Below, in pieces: positions 26,502 to 37,260 of a stretch of 64,000 nucleotides of DNA. The translations under genes were made by a program, and so were the position numbers. The DNA is from Amphiscolops sp. MND2022. Lineage: Eukaryota. The notes under the pieces are model-generated. The model ran no database searches. It saw only the letters and a program-made list of their open reading frames with translations, and was not told the origin of the DNA. Within the stretch, counting starts at the first letter, position 1. Each line of letters starts with the position of its first letter. The stretch covers positions 8,868,001 through 8,932,000 of the forward strand of contig OZ076409.1 in assembly GCA_964187785.1 (NCBI GenBank), given 5' to 3'.

Positions 26502-27649
26502 TGGTGACAGGAGCCAACCTTACTCCACATGTAGTCCCTGAATTTCTGACCGGACGTCCCACGCAGTCCAGGAACAAAATTCCCCATCAACACTGCGTCA
26601 ACGATGACACATTAGATACCACTCTCCCGGCACAAATTCCCTCAAACCATATCAATGACCGGGAAATGCAGCCCCAAACACCTTTAGACCCCATAAACAG
26701 ACTTGCCGATGTCATTATGGGAATGAACAACAAATCATCAGCACAAACACTGATGGTACGACCAGTCAATACTGCCACACTCACATTTGACGGCAAATCT
26801 GAAAAATTTGAACTGTTTGAAGACCTTTTTCACACGGTGATAAAGATGCAACCCGAGATGACGGAAGCAATGAAAATTAATCACTTTCATTCACTGTTGC
26901 GCAAAAATGCCCTGCAAACCTTCCGCAACATCAGTTCAGCAAATAGACAAACCTTAGAAGACGTACTAGCTGTGTTTCGTAGGAAATATGTCAAACCTGA
27001 ATCCCAGGCAACTGCCAAACATAAATGGCACAAATTGGTATTTGACCCAAACACAATGAAATTGCCCGATTTTCTCGAGGAACTCAATCAGGGCGCCGAA
27101 AAAGCCTTTGGCGAGCACGCACAAGCCATGATTGACAGCCTGCTATACGCAAAACTCCCACCGAAACTCAAACGTTCAGTCAACATGGCGCGATTAGAGA
27201 ATGCCACCTATGAAGAAATTGTCACTCATCTCGAACGAGAACTGGAGTTGAATGGACTTGAGGAAGGCGACGACATTCCCGTTCCCACAATGTCAACAGC
27301 CCCGACAGCCACACGACCGGGTCAAGGACTCCTTTCATCAGGCATTGACCCAGGAATAACTTGCAACTACTGCAAAAAACCTGGACATGTCAAAGACGAT
27401 TGCCGAAAACTAAAACGAAAGGAAGAGCAAAAACGCAATGAAGGCTCGAGTACCAAAAAAGAGTACCCAAAGTGCCCGACTTGTGACAAAACCAATCACC
27501 CGGCGGAGAGATGTTGGAAAGGCGCTGGAGCCCACCTCAAGCCCAAAAACCTCAAATTGGATAGTCCAAAGGATGACGACACGACCAGTAGCCGTGATGA
27601 CCCTACCAATAAACCCACAACTTCTATTCTTAAAAACTCAAAAAACTAG
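25853..27649 (+). CDS. gag: Gag polyprotein (598 aa) with two CCHC zinc knuckles
   Basis: CNYCKKPGHVKDDC and CPTCDKTNHPAERC; capsid-like region FDGKSEKFELFEDLF; lies directly upstream of pol. Confidence 0.93.
   Translation: MPSTRRQKAKEKRSRQSDIMSDIENLDVMLGNYSNTEFRDQNAVDEIEIDPESNRRHQGFSHEESNYRSLLNANLSENSEVTVETSRAISSEISSQMSRKLEEMKSDLNSHIMEVINSAIDEKILPSIENVIVNHGERKNAKLDLRSDGRHPSRNVPMDQTLDLGSYGRHKNKFSQQVQDSGENFPRLNTTVNNLPSHQMECLGDSEQSENEEGYDMVTGANLTPHVVPEFLTGRPTQSRNKIPHQHCVNDDTLDTTLPAQIPSNHINDREMQPQTPLDPINRLADVIMGMNNKSSAQTLMVRPVNTATLTFDGKSEKFELFEDLFHTVIKMQPEMTEAMKINHFHSLLRKNALQTFRNISSANRQTLEDVLAVFRRKYVKPESQATAKHKWHKLVFDPNTMKLPDFLEELNQGAEKAFGEHAQAMIDSLLYAKLPPKLKRSVNMARLENATYEEIVTHLERELELNGLEEGDDIPVPTMSTAPTATRPGQGLLSSGIDPGITCNYCKKPGHVKDDCRKLKRKEEQKRNEGSSTKKEYPKCPTCDKTNHPAERCWKGAGAHLKPKNLKLDSPKDDDTTSSRDDPTNKPTTSILKNSKN
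26502..26513 (+). promoter_or_regulatory. Primer-binding site TGGTGACAGGAG (possibly tRNA-Leu), inside the gag ORF
   Basis: TGG immediately follows the LTR's terminal CA. One mismatch to the recalled tRNA-Leu(CAG) complement TGGTGTCAGGAG. Confidence 0.7.
27640..27646 (+). promoter_or_regulatory. -1 programmed ribosomal frameshift heptamer A AAA AAC
   Basis: In the gag frame directly before TAG; the pol frame is -1 and opens only at 27634. Confidence 0.85.
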
Positions 27650-27651
27650 AT

Positions 27652-30600
27652 TTGCCACGACTCCATATTAATGAAAAATTACGTGTCAGACAATATATAA
27701 TATCTGATCCTCCTACAATATATTATACTGAATATTACTCTTCAATTAAAGAAACTTCATCAGCTGACTGGCAGCAGCAGGTGAAGCATTTGCCTACTCA
27801 CTTACACAAACCGGACCTTCAGTCCGACAGACAGCACTCTAATACTACGACCATTCGCCCCCTTCACCTAATTGATAACTACAACCCATATTATCCTGAC
27901 CCGGACTTCGGATTCGACCCCTATTGGGACATTCAAATCTACAACCAACATCAGCTACATTTCTACAAAAACTTTACCAAAAACATTGCAGATATCGAAC
28001 ATGATCAACCCCATATTGATCAGATGCTGAACACAAAACTATCCTCAGCCTCTGTTGACCCCTGGCAAAATGTGTGGATTAACACCAATTCACCAATCCA
28101 GGAGGAAACAACCGAACAACTTCCACACAATGGACCTTTGGTCACATTGACGGCAACAGTGGAAGAACGCTTTGTGAATAAGCTGATCTCACGAAACGGT
28201 GAACCTGACTACGTCCCGTTGACGACCAACTTGGGACTCAAATACAAACGACGGATGCTCTACTTCCCCATGGATTTTGGCGAACTAACTTTAGATGGCC
28301 TTGTAGACACGGGAGCCCTATCTAGCGCTATCCCAGAAGCTGATCTACGTAAAATCCGATTGTTAGCCCCTCAGTCAATAATTAAAGAGGGCCCGGCACC
28401 CAACTTCCAGATTATGGTAGCCAATGGACAGCTGGAGACTCCAAAGAGCACTGTTGAACTCAAATTCGAAGTCGGGGACATCGATTTCCACGAGATCTTC
28501 ATTGTTATGGAAAAACTCACAAGTCCGTTAATTGGTCTCTCGTTCCTGCAACGGAACAATACCATACTGGACATGCGTCAAGGAGTTTTGAACTTCCCTT
28601 TCTTCTCCATGCAACTGAAAACCGCTGACCACAAGTACACTAACGTCATGGAACCTATCTGTGCGCGGGAGGATATAACTATCCCCCCCAACGACAGACA
28701 TATGGTTTCCATGTTCTCACAACTCTATGACGACACAAACGTCACTGGAATTCTTCAACCGAGCAATGACCTTGCAGAAGATGGTGATATAACCTTCTGC
28801 GCTGCTCTAGTCACACTGACCCAAGGTCAGGTATCAATTCATGTCAACAACTTCACTGACCAACCGTTCACCCTCAAAAGAGGTGCTCACATTGCCAATT
28901 TCTCTGTCCTCACACCAGAGCAGATGAAATACGTCAAACCCATTGATCCTGTGACCACTTGGCACCTTTTGAAGGATAACCCGGAAAATGCTGCCTATTA
29001 TGCCAGTAGCCTGATCAAATCCCCGAAAACTAACGATGATAGTGAGAACTACTGGTTCCCTACTCCAGAAGAACCAGGAGATCCTCAAACTCATACACCC
29101 ATACAACAAAGAATCCTTAGGGAACTACGAAATCTCCAAGATTTAGAGAAACTCAACCCTCAGGATGACCCTGAATCGCGGAAACAATTTCTTGCTAACT
29201 TTGACTGGACAGACTCTACGCTGAATCCAGCCGAAATTGCCCAAATTGAAGAATTACTTGTTGAATTTCACGACATTTTTGCACGACACCGCTTTGACAT
29301 AGGTATGAACGAAGACTTCAAGGTCACTTTGACCCCTAAAGATGATTCCCCTGCCTATAGTCAAAGCTTACCTACTCCTATCAACCTCAAAGAAGATATC
29401 CTTGTAGAACTAGCACTACTACATCGATATGGGATTATAACAACTCTCCCATTTTCCAAATATGCAAGTACCATCTTTGCCCAGAAAAAACCTAACGGCA
29501 AACTTCGACTCCTGGTTGACCTCCGAAAGATCAACAACCTGATTTCTGACGATTACATCAACAACAACCATCCTGTCAGCACACTAACGGATGCTGCGCA
29601 GCACATGGCAGGTAAACGATTATTTTGCAAACTTGATTGTTCTCAAGCATACCACTGCCTTCAGATGGCTGACCAGAGGTCAATCGAGATGCTGGCATTC
29701 AATTTTGCCAGCAGAACATTTGCCTATCGCCGACTTGCCCAAGGTCTAAGCAGAGCGCTGTCCGCATTTTCGAGCTTTATGCGCGAATACCTGGATAAAG
29801 TGATAAAAGCTGACCAATGTGCTCAGTACGTAGATGATATTGGGATAGCTGCAAATGACGCTACCCAGCTCATCAACAACCTTCGAGCAACGTTCCAGTG
29901 CATCAGGACCGCTGGCCTCAAACTAACGATGCACAAATGCCATTTTGGCGCCAAGGAAATCGACTTCCTGGGACGTACCATCACTCCTGATGGGGTGCGG
30001 CCACAACGACCCAGGGTCCAGAATTTCTTGGAAAAGACCAAATTCCCTAAATCCAAGAAAGCTCTTCAACGATACTTGGGATTCCTGAACTACTACCGCA
30101 ACTACATTCCTAGACTCTCAGAAAAACTCACACCGTTCTTCAAGCTATTGAAAAGTGATGCCAAAGTCATGGTGACACCCGATCTGTTAGAAAAATTCAC
30201 CGAGATCAACAAAGCTCTTGACCGATGTTGTGAACTGGCGCTCAAACAACCTCTACCCGACAAACAGATAGCCCTGATGACAGACGCTAGTTTTTCGGCA
30301 GCAGGTTATGCAGTTCTCATCGAGGACGATCCGATGGAAAAATATACTTCGACGCGAAAAGCCTTCGCACCTGTAGCATATGGATCCAAGACCTTTAGTC
30401 CAGCCCAACTGAAGATGTCCATTTATGCCAAAGAATTCTTAGCAATATTCTTTGCATTTAAAGAATTTGGCCATATCTTCTGGGGGACCCCGAAACCGGT
30501 GATAATACTAACAGACAACAAGTCAGTCACTCGCTTTTTTCAAACAAAAATCATTCCACCCACATTGTGGAACGCGTGTGACTACGTTATGCAATTCAGT

Positions 30601-32829
30601 TTCACAATAGCCCATATACCTGGCAAAAACAATACTGCCGCTGACTACTTGTCACGTCTAGAAATCTGTCCCAAAGAAAAACTTATACTCCGGATACGAG
30701 AAGATATTTCCACCACACCAATCGAACTCAACGTCCAATCAGCGGGAGTTACTGAAGAGGAACAGATCTTCTATACGGACGATGATGAAGAAACAGAAGA
30801 ACAAATCTGGAAACGCAAACAAGACGCCAGGTCAAACCCAACGAATCAACCTCCTGATATTTTGTTAGATCATCTTAGCACTCATAACAATACACAATTC
30901 CAAACTCAAAATATACAAAAACTGGCAAAACCAACCGCCATGGCTATAGAACAACAGAACGACCTTATCCTGCATCAATTACGACTCAAACTGCAAAAAG
31001 AAGAATACTCTGAAACTATCTTACAGCAAGATTCGCGCTACCGACATTACTGCCGTCAAATTGACCGTCTGTCCGTACATGATGACATCATTTTCAGAGA
31101 CTACTACGATGAAACAGGCAGTGTCCAATTCCGCCAAGCATTATTACCAAAACATCTAGTCACAGAATTACTTCAATCACTACATGGTTCCGCGAACAAA
31201 CACCCGGGAATCTCAAAAATGCTGCATGAAATTCGACAAAAATATTACTATCCTGGAATCGCAAAAATTGTCAAAAAGTGGGTCCAAGGATGTGAAATTT
31301 GTATAAAAGACAAAAGAATCAACAATGCATACATAACACCTGAATTACTCAATTTACCTGAATGGGATCTTGGTCCAGAAGATGCCTTACAAATTGACAT
31401 TTTGCCCAACTTACCCCCAAGTGGAGGATACGAAAATGTCATAACTGCTCTGGACGTGTTTTCGAGATATCTTTTTGCCTACCCAGTAACGGACGCTTCG
31501 GCCGTCAATACGGCAAAGGTCATTATTGATATCATGACAAAACATTCCTATTTGCCGACTACGCTAATCACCGACAAAGGCACTGCCTTTACGTCCAAAC
31601 TACTAGAAGAAATTACCAAAATCTTGGGGATTCACCTTCGGTGCGCGACCACAAAGCATCCTCAGACGATAGGCAAACTAGAACGCACTCATGCCAGCCT
31701 TAAGGGCAACCTTAAAATGGCATCAGGCGAATACAGGCGTCAATGGCACAAATATCTCCCATTGGCCGTCCTTAATTATAACACAACCTATCATTCAAGT
31801 CTTGGATGCGAACCCACCCGAATTTTTCACGGAAGAGTACCCTATAATATCCTAGACCATCGGTTAGGATTAAACCCTAACCCAAAGATCACTCCAACGA
31901 CTGATTTTGCTGAAGAATTTCAAAGACGCACGCAAATATTAATCGATCAAACAAAGAAAAATATCATGCAATCATATTTAAAGTACAAGGAATATTATGA
32001 CCGAAAGGCTAAAGCAGCTCCTCTACAACAAGGAGATTTTTGCTTCATTTTACAACCTCTAGCAGACCATCAAGGCTCTAAAATTCCTTTTCGTGAATTT
32101 CGTTGGATCGGACCGTACGTCATTGAAAAAGTTTTACCTAACGACAACTATATTGTTCGCAAACTTAGTACTAACAAAACGCAGATATTACACCGAATAC
32201 GCCTTAGAAAATACACTCCAACTACTACCCCACAAGACATTCGTCCCGAAGGAAATTTACAAGCAGACGATGAAATTATTATTCCACAAGATGATCTGTA
32301 CATCATTTCATGGGAAACCAATTTCGACGATTTCCCTCCTAATTCTGAAAATCGGACTGTTACTAATGAACTCCCTACCAATTCCGATGAACAGGATGCC
32401 ATAATCACAGATTTGGACCTACGGTCCACGCGACAGCAAACAAATACTGACGCCGCTCACGCTGATGATACTGATAGTGACTCACGTTCAAACGAAATAA
32501 ACGAAGCGGACCTTCGGTCCGCGCGACGGCAATCAAATACTGAGGCTGATAATACGGAACAGTACTCAAGAAATGCAAACAATGAAGACCGTCAGTCCGC
32601 TAGACGGCAACAAAGTACCGAATTTGAAAACGATGAATTGACAAATCAGGACCTACCTAGAGATGAAAATTCAGAATTTTCAACTTCTGGGGGGAACGAT
32701 ACAACCGTGCCCGATGTATTAACTGAAGAAACTGATGATTGTGTTGTAGAAAATGAAAGTCCTAGGGGAGGGAGATATAACTTACGCCCCAATCCTACCC
32801 CCAACTTTACTGACGAATACAGATACTAG
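27652..32829 (+). CDS. pol: Pol polyprotein: aspartic protease, dUTPase-like insert, RT, RNase H, integrase with GPY/F (probably made as Gag-Pol by -1 frameshift)
   Basis: LVDTGA (PR); LRLLVDLRKIN and QYVDDI (RT); LMTDAS (RH); H..H..CEIC plus QIDIL/TDKG/KLER (IN); WIGPY. Confidence 0.96.
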   Translation: MPRLHINEKLRVRQYIISDPPTIYYTEYYSSIKETSSADWQQQVKHLPTHLHKPDLQSDRQHSNTTTIRPLHLIDNYNPYYPDPDFGFDPYWDIQIYNQHQLHFYKNFTKNIADIEHDQPHIDQMLNTKLSSASVDPWQNVWINTNSPIQEETTEQLPHNGPLVTLTATVEERFVNKLISRNGEPDYVPLTTNLGLKYKRRMLYFPMDFGELTLDGLVDTGALSSAIPEADLRKIRLLAPQSIIKEGPAPNFQIMVANGQLETPKSTVELKFEVGDIDFHEIFIVMEKLTSPLIGLSFLQRNNTILDMRQGVLNFPFFSMQLKTADHKYTNVMEPICAREDITIPPNDRHMVSMFSQLYDDTNVTGILQPSNDLAEDGDITFCAALVTLTQGQVSIHVNNFTDQPFTLKRGAHIANFSVLTPEQMKYVKPIDPVTTWHLLKDNPENAAYYASSLIKSPKTNDDSENYWFPTPEEPGDPQTHTPIQQRILRELRNLQDLEKLNPQDDPESRKQFLANFDWTDSTLNPAEIAQIEELLVEFHDIFARHRFDIGMNEDFKVTLTPKDDSPAYSQSLPTPINLKEDILVELALLHRYGIITTLPFSKYASTIFAQKKPNGKLRLLVDLRKINNLISDDYINNNHPVSTLTDAAQHMAGKRLFCKLDCSQAYHCLQMADQRSIEMLAFNFASRTFAYRRLAQGLSRALSAFSSFMREYLDKVIKADQCAQYVDDIGIAANDATQLINNLRATFQCIRTAGLKLTMHKCHFGAKEIDFLGRTITPDGVRPQRPRVQNFLEKTKFPKSKKALQRYLGFLNYYRNYIPRLSEKLTPFFKLLKSDAKVMVTPDLLEKFTEINKALDRCCELALKQPLPDKQIALMTDASFSAAGYAVLIEDDPMEKYTSTRKAFAPVAYGSKTFSPAQLKMSIYAKEFLAIFFAFKEFGHIFWGTPKPVIILTDNKSVTRFFQTKIIPPTLWNACDYVMQFSFTIAHIPGKNNTAADYLSRLEICPKEKLILRIREDISTTPIELNVQSAGVTEEEQIFYTDDDEETEEQIWKRKQDARSNPTNQPPDILLDHLSTHNNTQFQTQNIQKLAKPTAMAIEQQNDLILHQLRLKLQKEEYSETILQQDSRYRHYCRQIDRLSVHDDIIFRDYYDETGSVQFRQALLPKHLVTELLQSLHGSANKHPGISKMLHEIRQKYYYPGIAKIVKKWVQGCEICIKDKRINNAYITPELLNLPEWDLGPEDALQIDILPNLPPSGGYENVITALDVFSRYLFAYPVTDASAVNTAKVIIDIMTKHSYLPTTLITDKGTAFTSKLLEEITKILGIHLRCATTKHPQTIGKLERTHASLKGNLKMASGEYRRQWHKYLPLAVLNYNTTYHSSLGCEPTRIFHGRVPYNILDHRLGLNPNPKITPTTDFAEEFQRRTQILIDQTKKNIMQSYLKYKEYYDRKAKAAPLQQGDFCFILQPLADHQGSKIPFREFRWIGPYVIEKVLPNDNYIVRKLSTNKTQILHRIRLRKYTPTTTPQDIRPEGNLQADDEIIIPQDDLYIISWETNFDDFPPNSENRTVTNELPTNSDEQDAIITDLDLRSTRQQTNTDAAHADDTDSDSRSNEINEADLRSARRQSNTEADNTEQYSRNANNEDRQSARRQQSTEFENDELTNQDLPRDENSEFSTSGGNDTTVPDVLTEETDDCVVENESPRGGRYNLRPNPTPNFTDEYRY

Positions 32830-33047
32830 TTAGAATATGTAAATTCACTGGCCCGACTCAACATCTTTTGACCCTACAATTATCTTTTTATGGGCCTCGA
32901 CTGACTTGTAGTCCACAATAACAGATCAAACACAGGCATCATAATGACACAACTGTACAAACAAAGAACTAAAATAAACAAACCCAAAACTGACAACAAA
33001 TGAAAGATACATAAATACAACTAAAAACAAATGTACATATAGTACAA

Positions 33048-36000
33048 TTAGGAGTCTTTAGCAAACGAAGGGGATGGCAATTCGCTATCAGACTGCCGTT
33101 TCACTGGCGAGTTCTTAGCACTAGGGGGAGGGAGACTTTTCGAACCTTTGTCGCCTTTCAGTCCTTTGAATCTCAACTTTCGGGTATCTCCCTTCTTCTT
33201 CATTGAAACAGGTTTCAGAGTAGAAAGAATCTTAGCACGATCGAACAGATCCATCCCGTCCCAAGGACTATAAGTATCCGAAAATGCTGAATCTCCAAAT
33301 GTAGGCTCGAACGCCAAGAACTCGGCAATAGAAGAATCCGTGGTGAGGGCATCAATGCTCCGCCCAACATTAATAAAATAAGACTGAACAGGAAGGATGG
33401 TGTCTATCAACTTGCTCTTAGGGTCATCAGTCCGAACAGAGCCAAATTTCACTGCAGGCATGGCATTAAAATTCTGATCCAAACATAAGCAGCATAGCCT
33501 GAAAATCCGAGCTAGGTGCGGGCGCGATTGCAGGGTGACATGGCCTGAAATGAAGGAAACTGCATCAGTGATGATGATTCTAGGCTGGTCCAAATCAGGG
33601 AACTCTTTGCGCAGTTCGTCAAGAAAGGATAAATATTCTTCGGTGCAGATTGACTCATCATCGGCCTGGTAATATCCGCGCAGTTGGAAGCTGCGAAACA
33701 GCTGCTTGAAACAATACAGAGCCTGACTGAGCGGAGATCGGAACATGATGTCAAGGTCGAAAGCTCCCATCCCTTTCACAATATCTGATGTTAACTGTAG
33801 GTTGCTCTGGACCGCGTGAAACAAGTAGGCAACATAGCTTCGGCCAAGTCGCCCAAACTCCTCCTTACTCTCCTTCACAAGCTTGGGCAAATTAGCACGA
33901 TTGATCTTTTTATCACTAAGCTCCTTTTCAGCCTTGATTTTGCAAGCGGTGTTGAGGCGTTGGTCTAATTTGGAGCGAGCAATGAAGTCTGGGACAGCTA
34001 GAGCCCTGGCGTCAGAAACCGATATACCCAGGATCCCAGAGAGATCTGTCTCTTGCGGCAAGCTCTTTGCCTTGATACAACGCCTCCCAAGTTTGAACAA
34101 GTATTGGCACAGTTGTCTATAGATATGGAAGCCATGATCCCGTCTTTCCACTAGATGCGGCACGAAACTAGTGGTGTCTAAACAAAGCAGCCTAAGACAT
34201 GCAAGAAAAACCACACCACAAAGGGTCCTATAGACGTTGTGTTTCATACTAACAATCTCTAACAAGGCGGTAGAAGAGTTCAAGACGACAGAGAAATAGC
34301 TCATCCTGGATCATCGCACGTTCTAGGTTCTGGGGCTGTAACAACAATTCAATATCAAAATAATGTAAGGTGGACTGAAGGTCATCGTGACGGCATCAAC
34401 TCACCTGCTTTCTGACGCCCATCATCTCATGTGGAGGGGCATGTGCATTCAGGTACTCTGTCACTTTGGTCCAGTTTGTGAGCAGTTCCTGACATAAGGT
34501 TGGGAGTGTAGCCAACTCTATTCGGCAAGTTCGTACTGCCTGAAAACATTCGACCAGTTGTACCGTATAAAAGATTTCCACCATGAAGTGAAAAGATAGA
34601 ACCCTACCTCCGCAAGTACAGGAGTCATCAATGTCCAGTCACAGTCCAGACATCCACCCAGGAAGACTACCAGATATTTGAGGACTGAGTGGAAGTCAAT
34701 GCGACCGAAAACACTATAGCTCTCCTTGTGCATGAGACGCGCAATTGAGAAGTCCTCGAATCTGAGGGGACGTTGAAGCCCATATTCAAAGTACGGAGAG
34801 TTGTCGACTAATTGAATTGTCTCCAAGGAACACCCAGAACAACTGACAATGTTTGGGCTGGTAGATAAAGCGGCCATGACGTCAGCAATCAAGCACAACT
34901 CTGCCGATGATTGTCCCAAGACTCTTCCAGTTCGCTTCAAGAAGACTCGGCACAGCTCATCTTTCCTCCAAAAACGGATGAAGACGAGCAGAAAGACACC
35001 CTGTTTTACAAACTCCAGGGAGTATTCACCAGCAGCCACAACGTGTTCAGCAACGTCGTGGATAACACGGACGAATAAGTGATGGAAGAGAGCCTAGAAC
35101 AACAACATTAGGGTCATACCTAGCCAAATAGAAGACTACACTCTTAACATGGTCTTAGGGTCAATTTGACCAGAGGGAATTACGTACCGATAGCCGTTCT
35201 TTGCTCCAGTTGAAGTCGGTGAAGAGAGATTGGTGATTCACTACGACGCCCACGTCACGCCAGAAATTCCTCAACATGCCAATGTCACCGTAGCTTCTCA
35301 GGTAATTTCCAAGCACTGAAACTTGGACTCTCGCGCGGTTTTCGGACGATGACGCCATGTAGTCAGTCCCTTGGAGGTATTCATCGTAGAAGGGCAATTT
35401 CTCGCCGATATCAACTAGCTCTTCTTCAATGAATTTAGGCAGCTCTAGCTGAAGTTCATAAGGAGTAAGCCGTCTACCATCTCTTCCACGAACGTGATGT
35501 TTTATGGTTTTCGTCACTGGATCTTCTACTGCCAAGTGTTCATACCGCCACCTTTGATCCTTCCGGAGGTGACGCTCAGTGGCATGATGACGAAGGATCT
35601 CACGCGCCCCGCGACCATAAATGGAGATATTGCCCTTGCAGATCTGGCAATAAAACTTGTATGGATTCCAACGAGGATCAACCGGACCTGATACGAAGGT
35701 TTTGGTCCACTCCATTCCTTTGAAGTACGCCTCCTTCATGATTTTGCATCCACGAGGTACCCGATGTCTGCTCTCCCCAGTTGTGCGTACAGTAGGCTTA
35801 CGCTGTTTTTTACGACTTCCAGATTTTGACTTCTCAGCAATTGCCTCAGCTTTGAGTCCAGCTAAAGTTTGTGCTCCTGGGCTATCCACCTGATTAATGG
35901 CCTCATGTGACATAGGGTCAACCCGACTGCAACCTGGAGGTCCGACTGGAGGGGGAGTAAAAGGGTGACTCTCCAGATCAGAATGCTCGTAAACGTATCC

Positions 36001-37260
36001 GATACTGGCAAAGTCATCTCCGCTCCTGAGTGCGCCACTGGTGTCGCTCTCATTCCCGGTCAAGAATCCGGATTGGGAACCAAGACTGCTACTTTGCTCC
36101 AATGGTCTTTGCGCTTTTGGAATCTCGCGGGGAGTGCTGCCAGGAGTTCCAAGACTAAGTTTACTAGCCTGTTGTATCAGGTTCTCCATAGCCTTGAGTG
36201 ACGACTTAACAGCTTCGTCAGCAACTACTTTCAAGACTTGGCAAACTTGGCCTTCGTTTAGGGCCAAGGTCGAATGCCCAGCCGGCAGGGTCACTGGGGT
36301 AGCTTCTTCGAAAAATTCTTTTATCAAGGCTCGACTGCTTGCAGACAATTGAGCAACTCGGGGTGCCACCTCAGGAAAGTCTACTGAAGTATTGCTAGCC
36401 GTTTCACAAACTCTAAACGTGTGTGAATTAGCAGGAGCGAACAAAGCGTCAGCTACCGTGGACCCTACTGCGCCCTCAGAATCTTGGCAGGTGTCGCTGG
36501 ACTTTTGATTTGATGGACCTTGTCGCGCTTTGTTTTTGAAATTGGAAACTCCAAAATCGTCAGACGACGGATCATCATCTTCAGACAATGAGGGAAGCCC
36601 GGTCTCATCTGCTGCAACAGATAATTCTTCTCTTCCACTACCCACCTTTCCACACAGTTTCTGGATTTTTGCTTCCGGGGGGCCGTATCTCGACTTCAGA
36701 CTGCTCTTCAAGGGAAACTTTGGAGGATCGAGGAATGCAACCTCAGAGACAGAGTCAGTGTCCATTTCATCCTGACTTTGGAGACCTTGGGTTGGGGCCA
36801 ATTCCATAGCGAAGCTCTCACTGGTTTTCACAATTTTGCCGCCGTCTTGACTACCGGTCCCAGTTTCTGGGACGCACCCCAGTTGCTCCCATTTTCGAGC
36901 GATGTAGGCTCCGCAGCTTTCGTCAGTGCTACTGCTTTCAACAAGTAGAGTTTCAGTCGTGGTAGGTGGGGTGACGGCGGTAGTGGACAAGACCACAGGA
37001 ACTTCAGGTAACGAACCCAGACCAGAACGAGGTTCACTCTCCCGATGCGCATCCTCAGAAACAACTTCCATCGCACCTTGAGCTGGAACACTTATAGTCG
37101 TTTGTGCAGAACTGTCAGTGTTTGACGCAGCCGTCACGAAAGAATCAGGACTCTCCGGTTTCTCTTCATCAGCACCACGTTTGGGTGGTTGGCCATTTGA
37201 CTCATTTCCTAAACGGAATGAAATAAATAATCGCGGTTCACTTCCTGAATATGAATCCAT
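33048..37260 (-). CDS. Spliced antisense accessory gene, exons 37260-35188, 35093-34608, 34539-34405, 34335-34254, 34177-33048 (~1,301 aa): long disordered N-terminus, C2H2/BED-like zinc finger, hAT-transposase-like C-terminal half
   Basis: Four GT-AG introns (94, 68, 69, 76 nt) join the ORFs in frame; total 3,906 nt. Zinc finger FYCQICKGNISIYGRGAREILRHHATERH. Intron positions are conserved in the 2986-7230 copy. Confidence 0.8.

Noticed and set aside
27647..27652. Stop-codon readthrough between gag and pol
   Set aside because: Pol is in the -1 frame, not in frame with the TAG.
34178..34304. N-terminus MSYFSVV... of ORF 33048-34304 as a real protein start
   Set aside because: The homolog supports the alternative frame (DELFLCRLELF) followed by an intron.
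33048..37260. Independent hAT transposon nested in the retroelement
   Set aside because: No TIRs or 8-bp TSD found, catalytic residues not evident, and the gene sits at the same place in a highly diverged relative.
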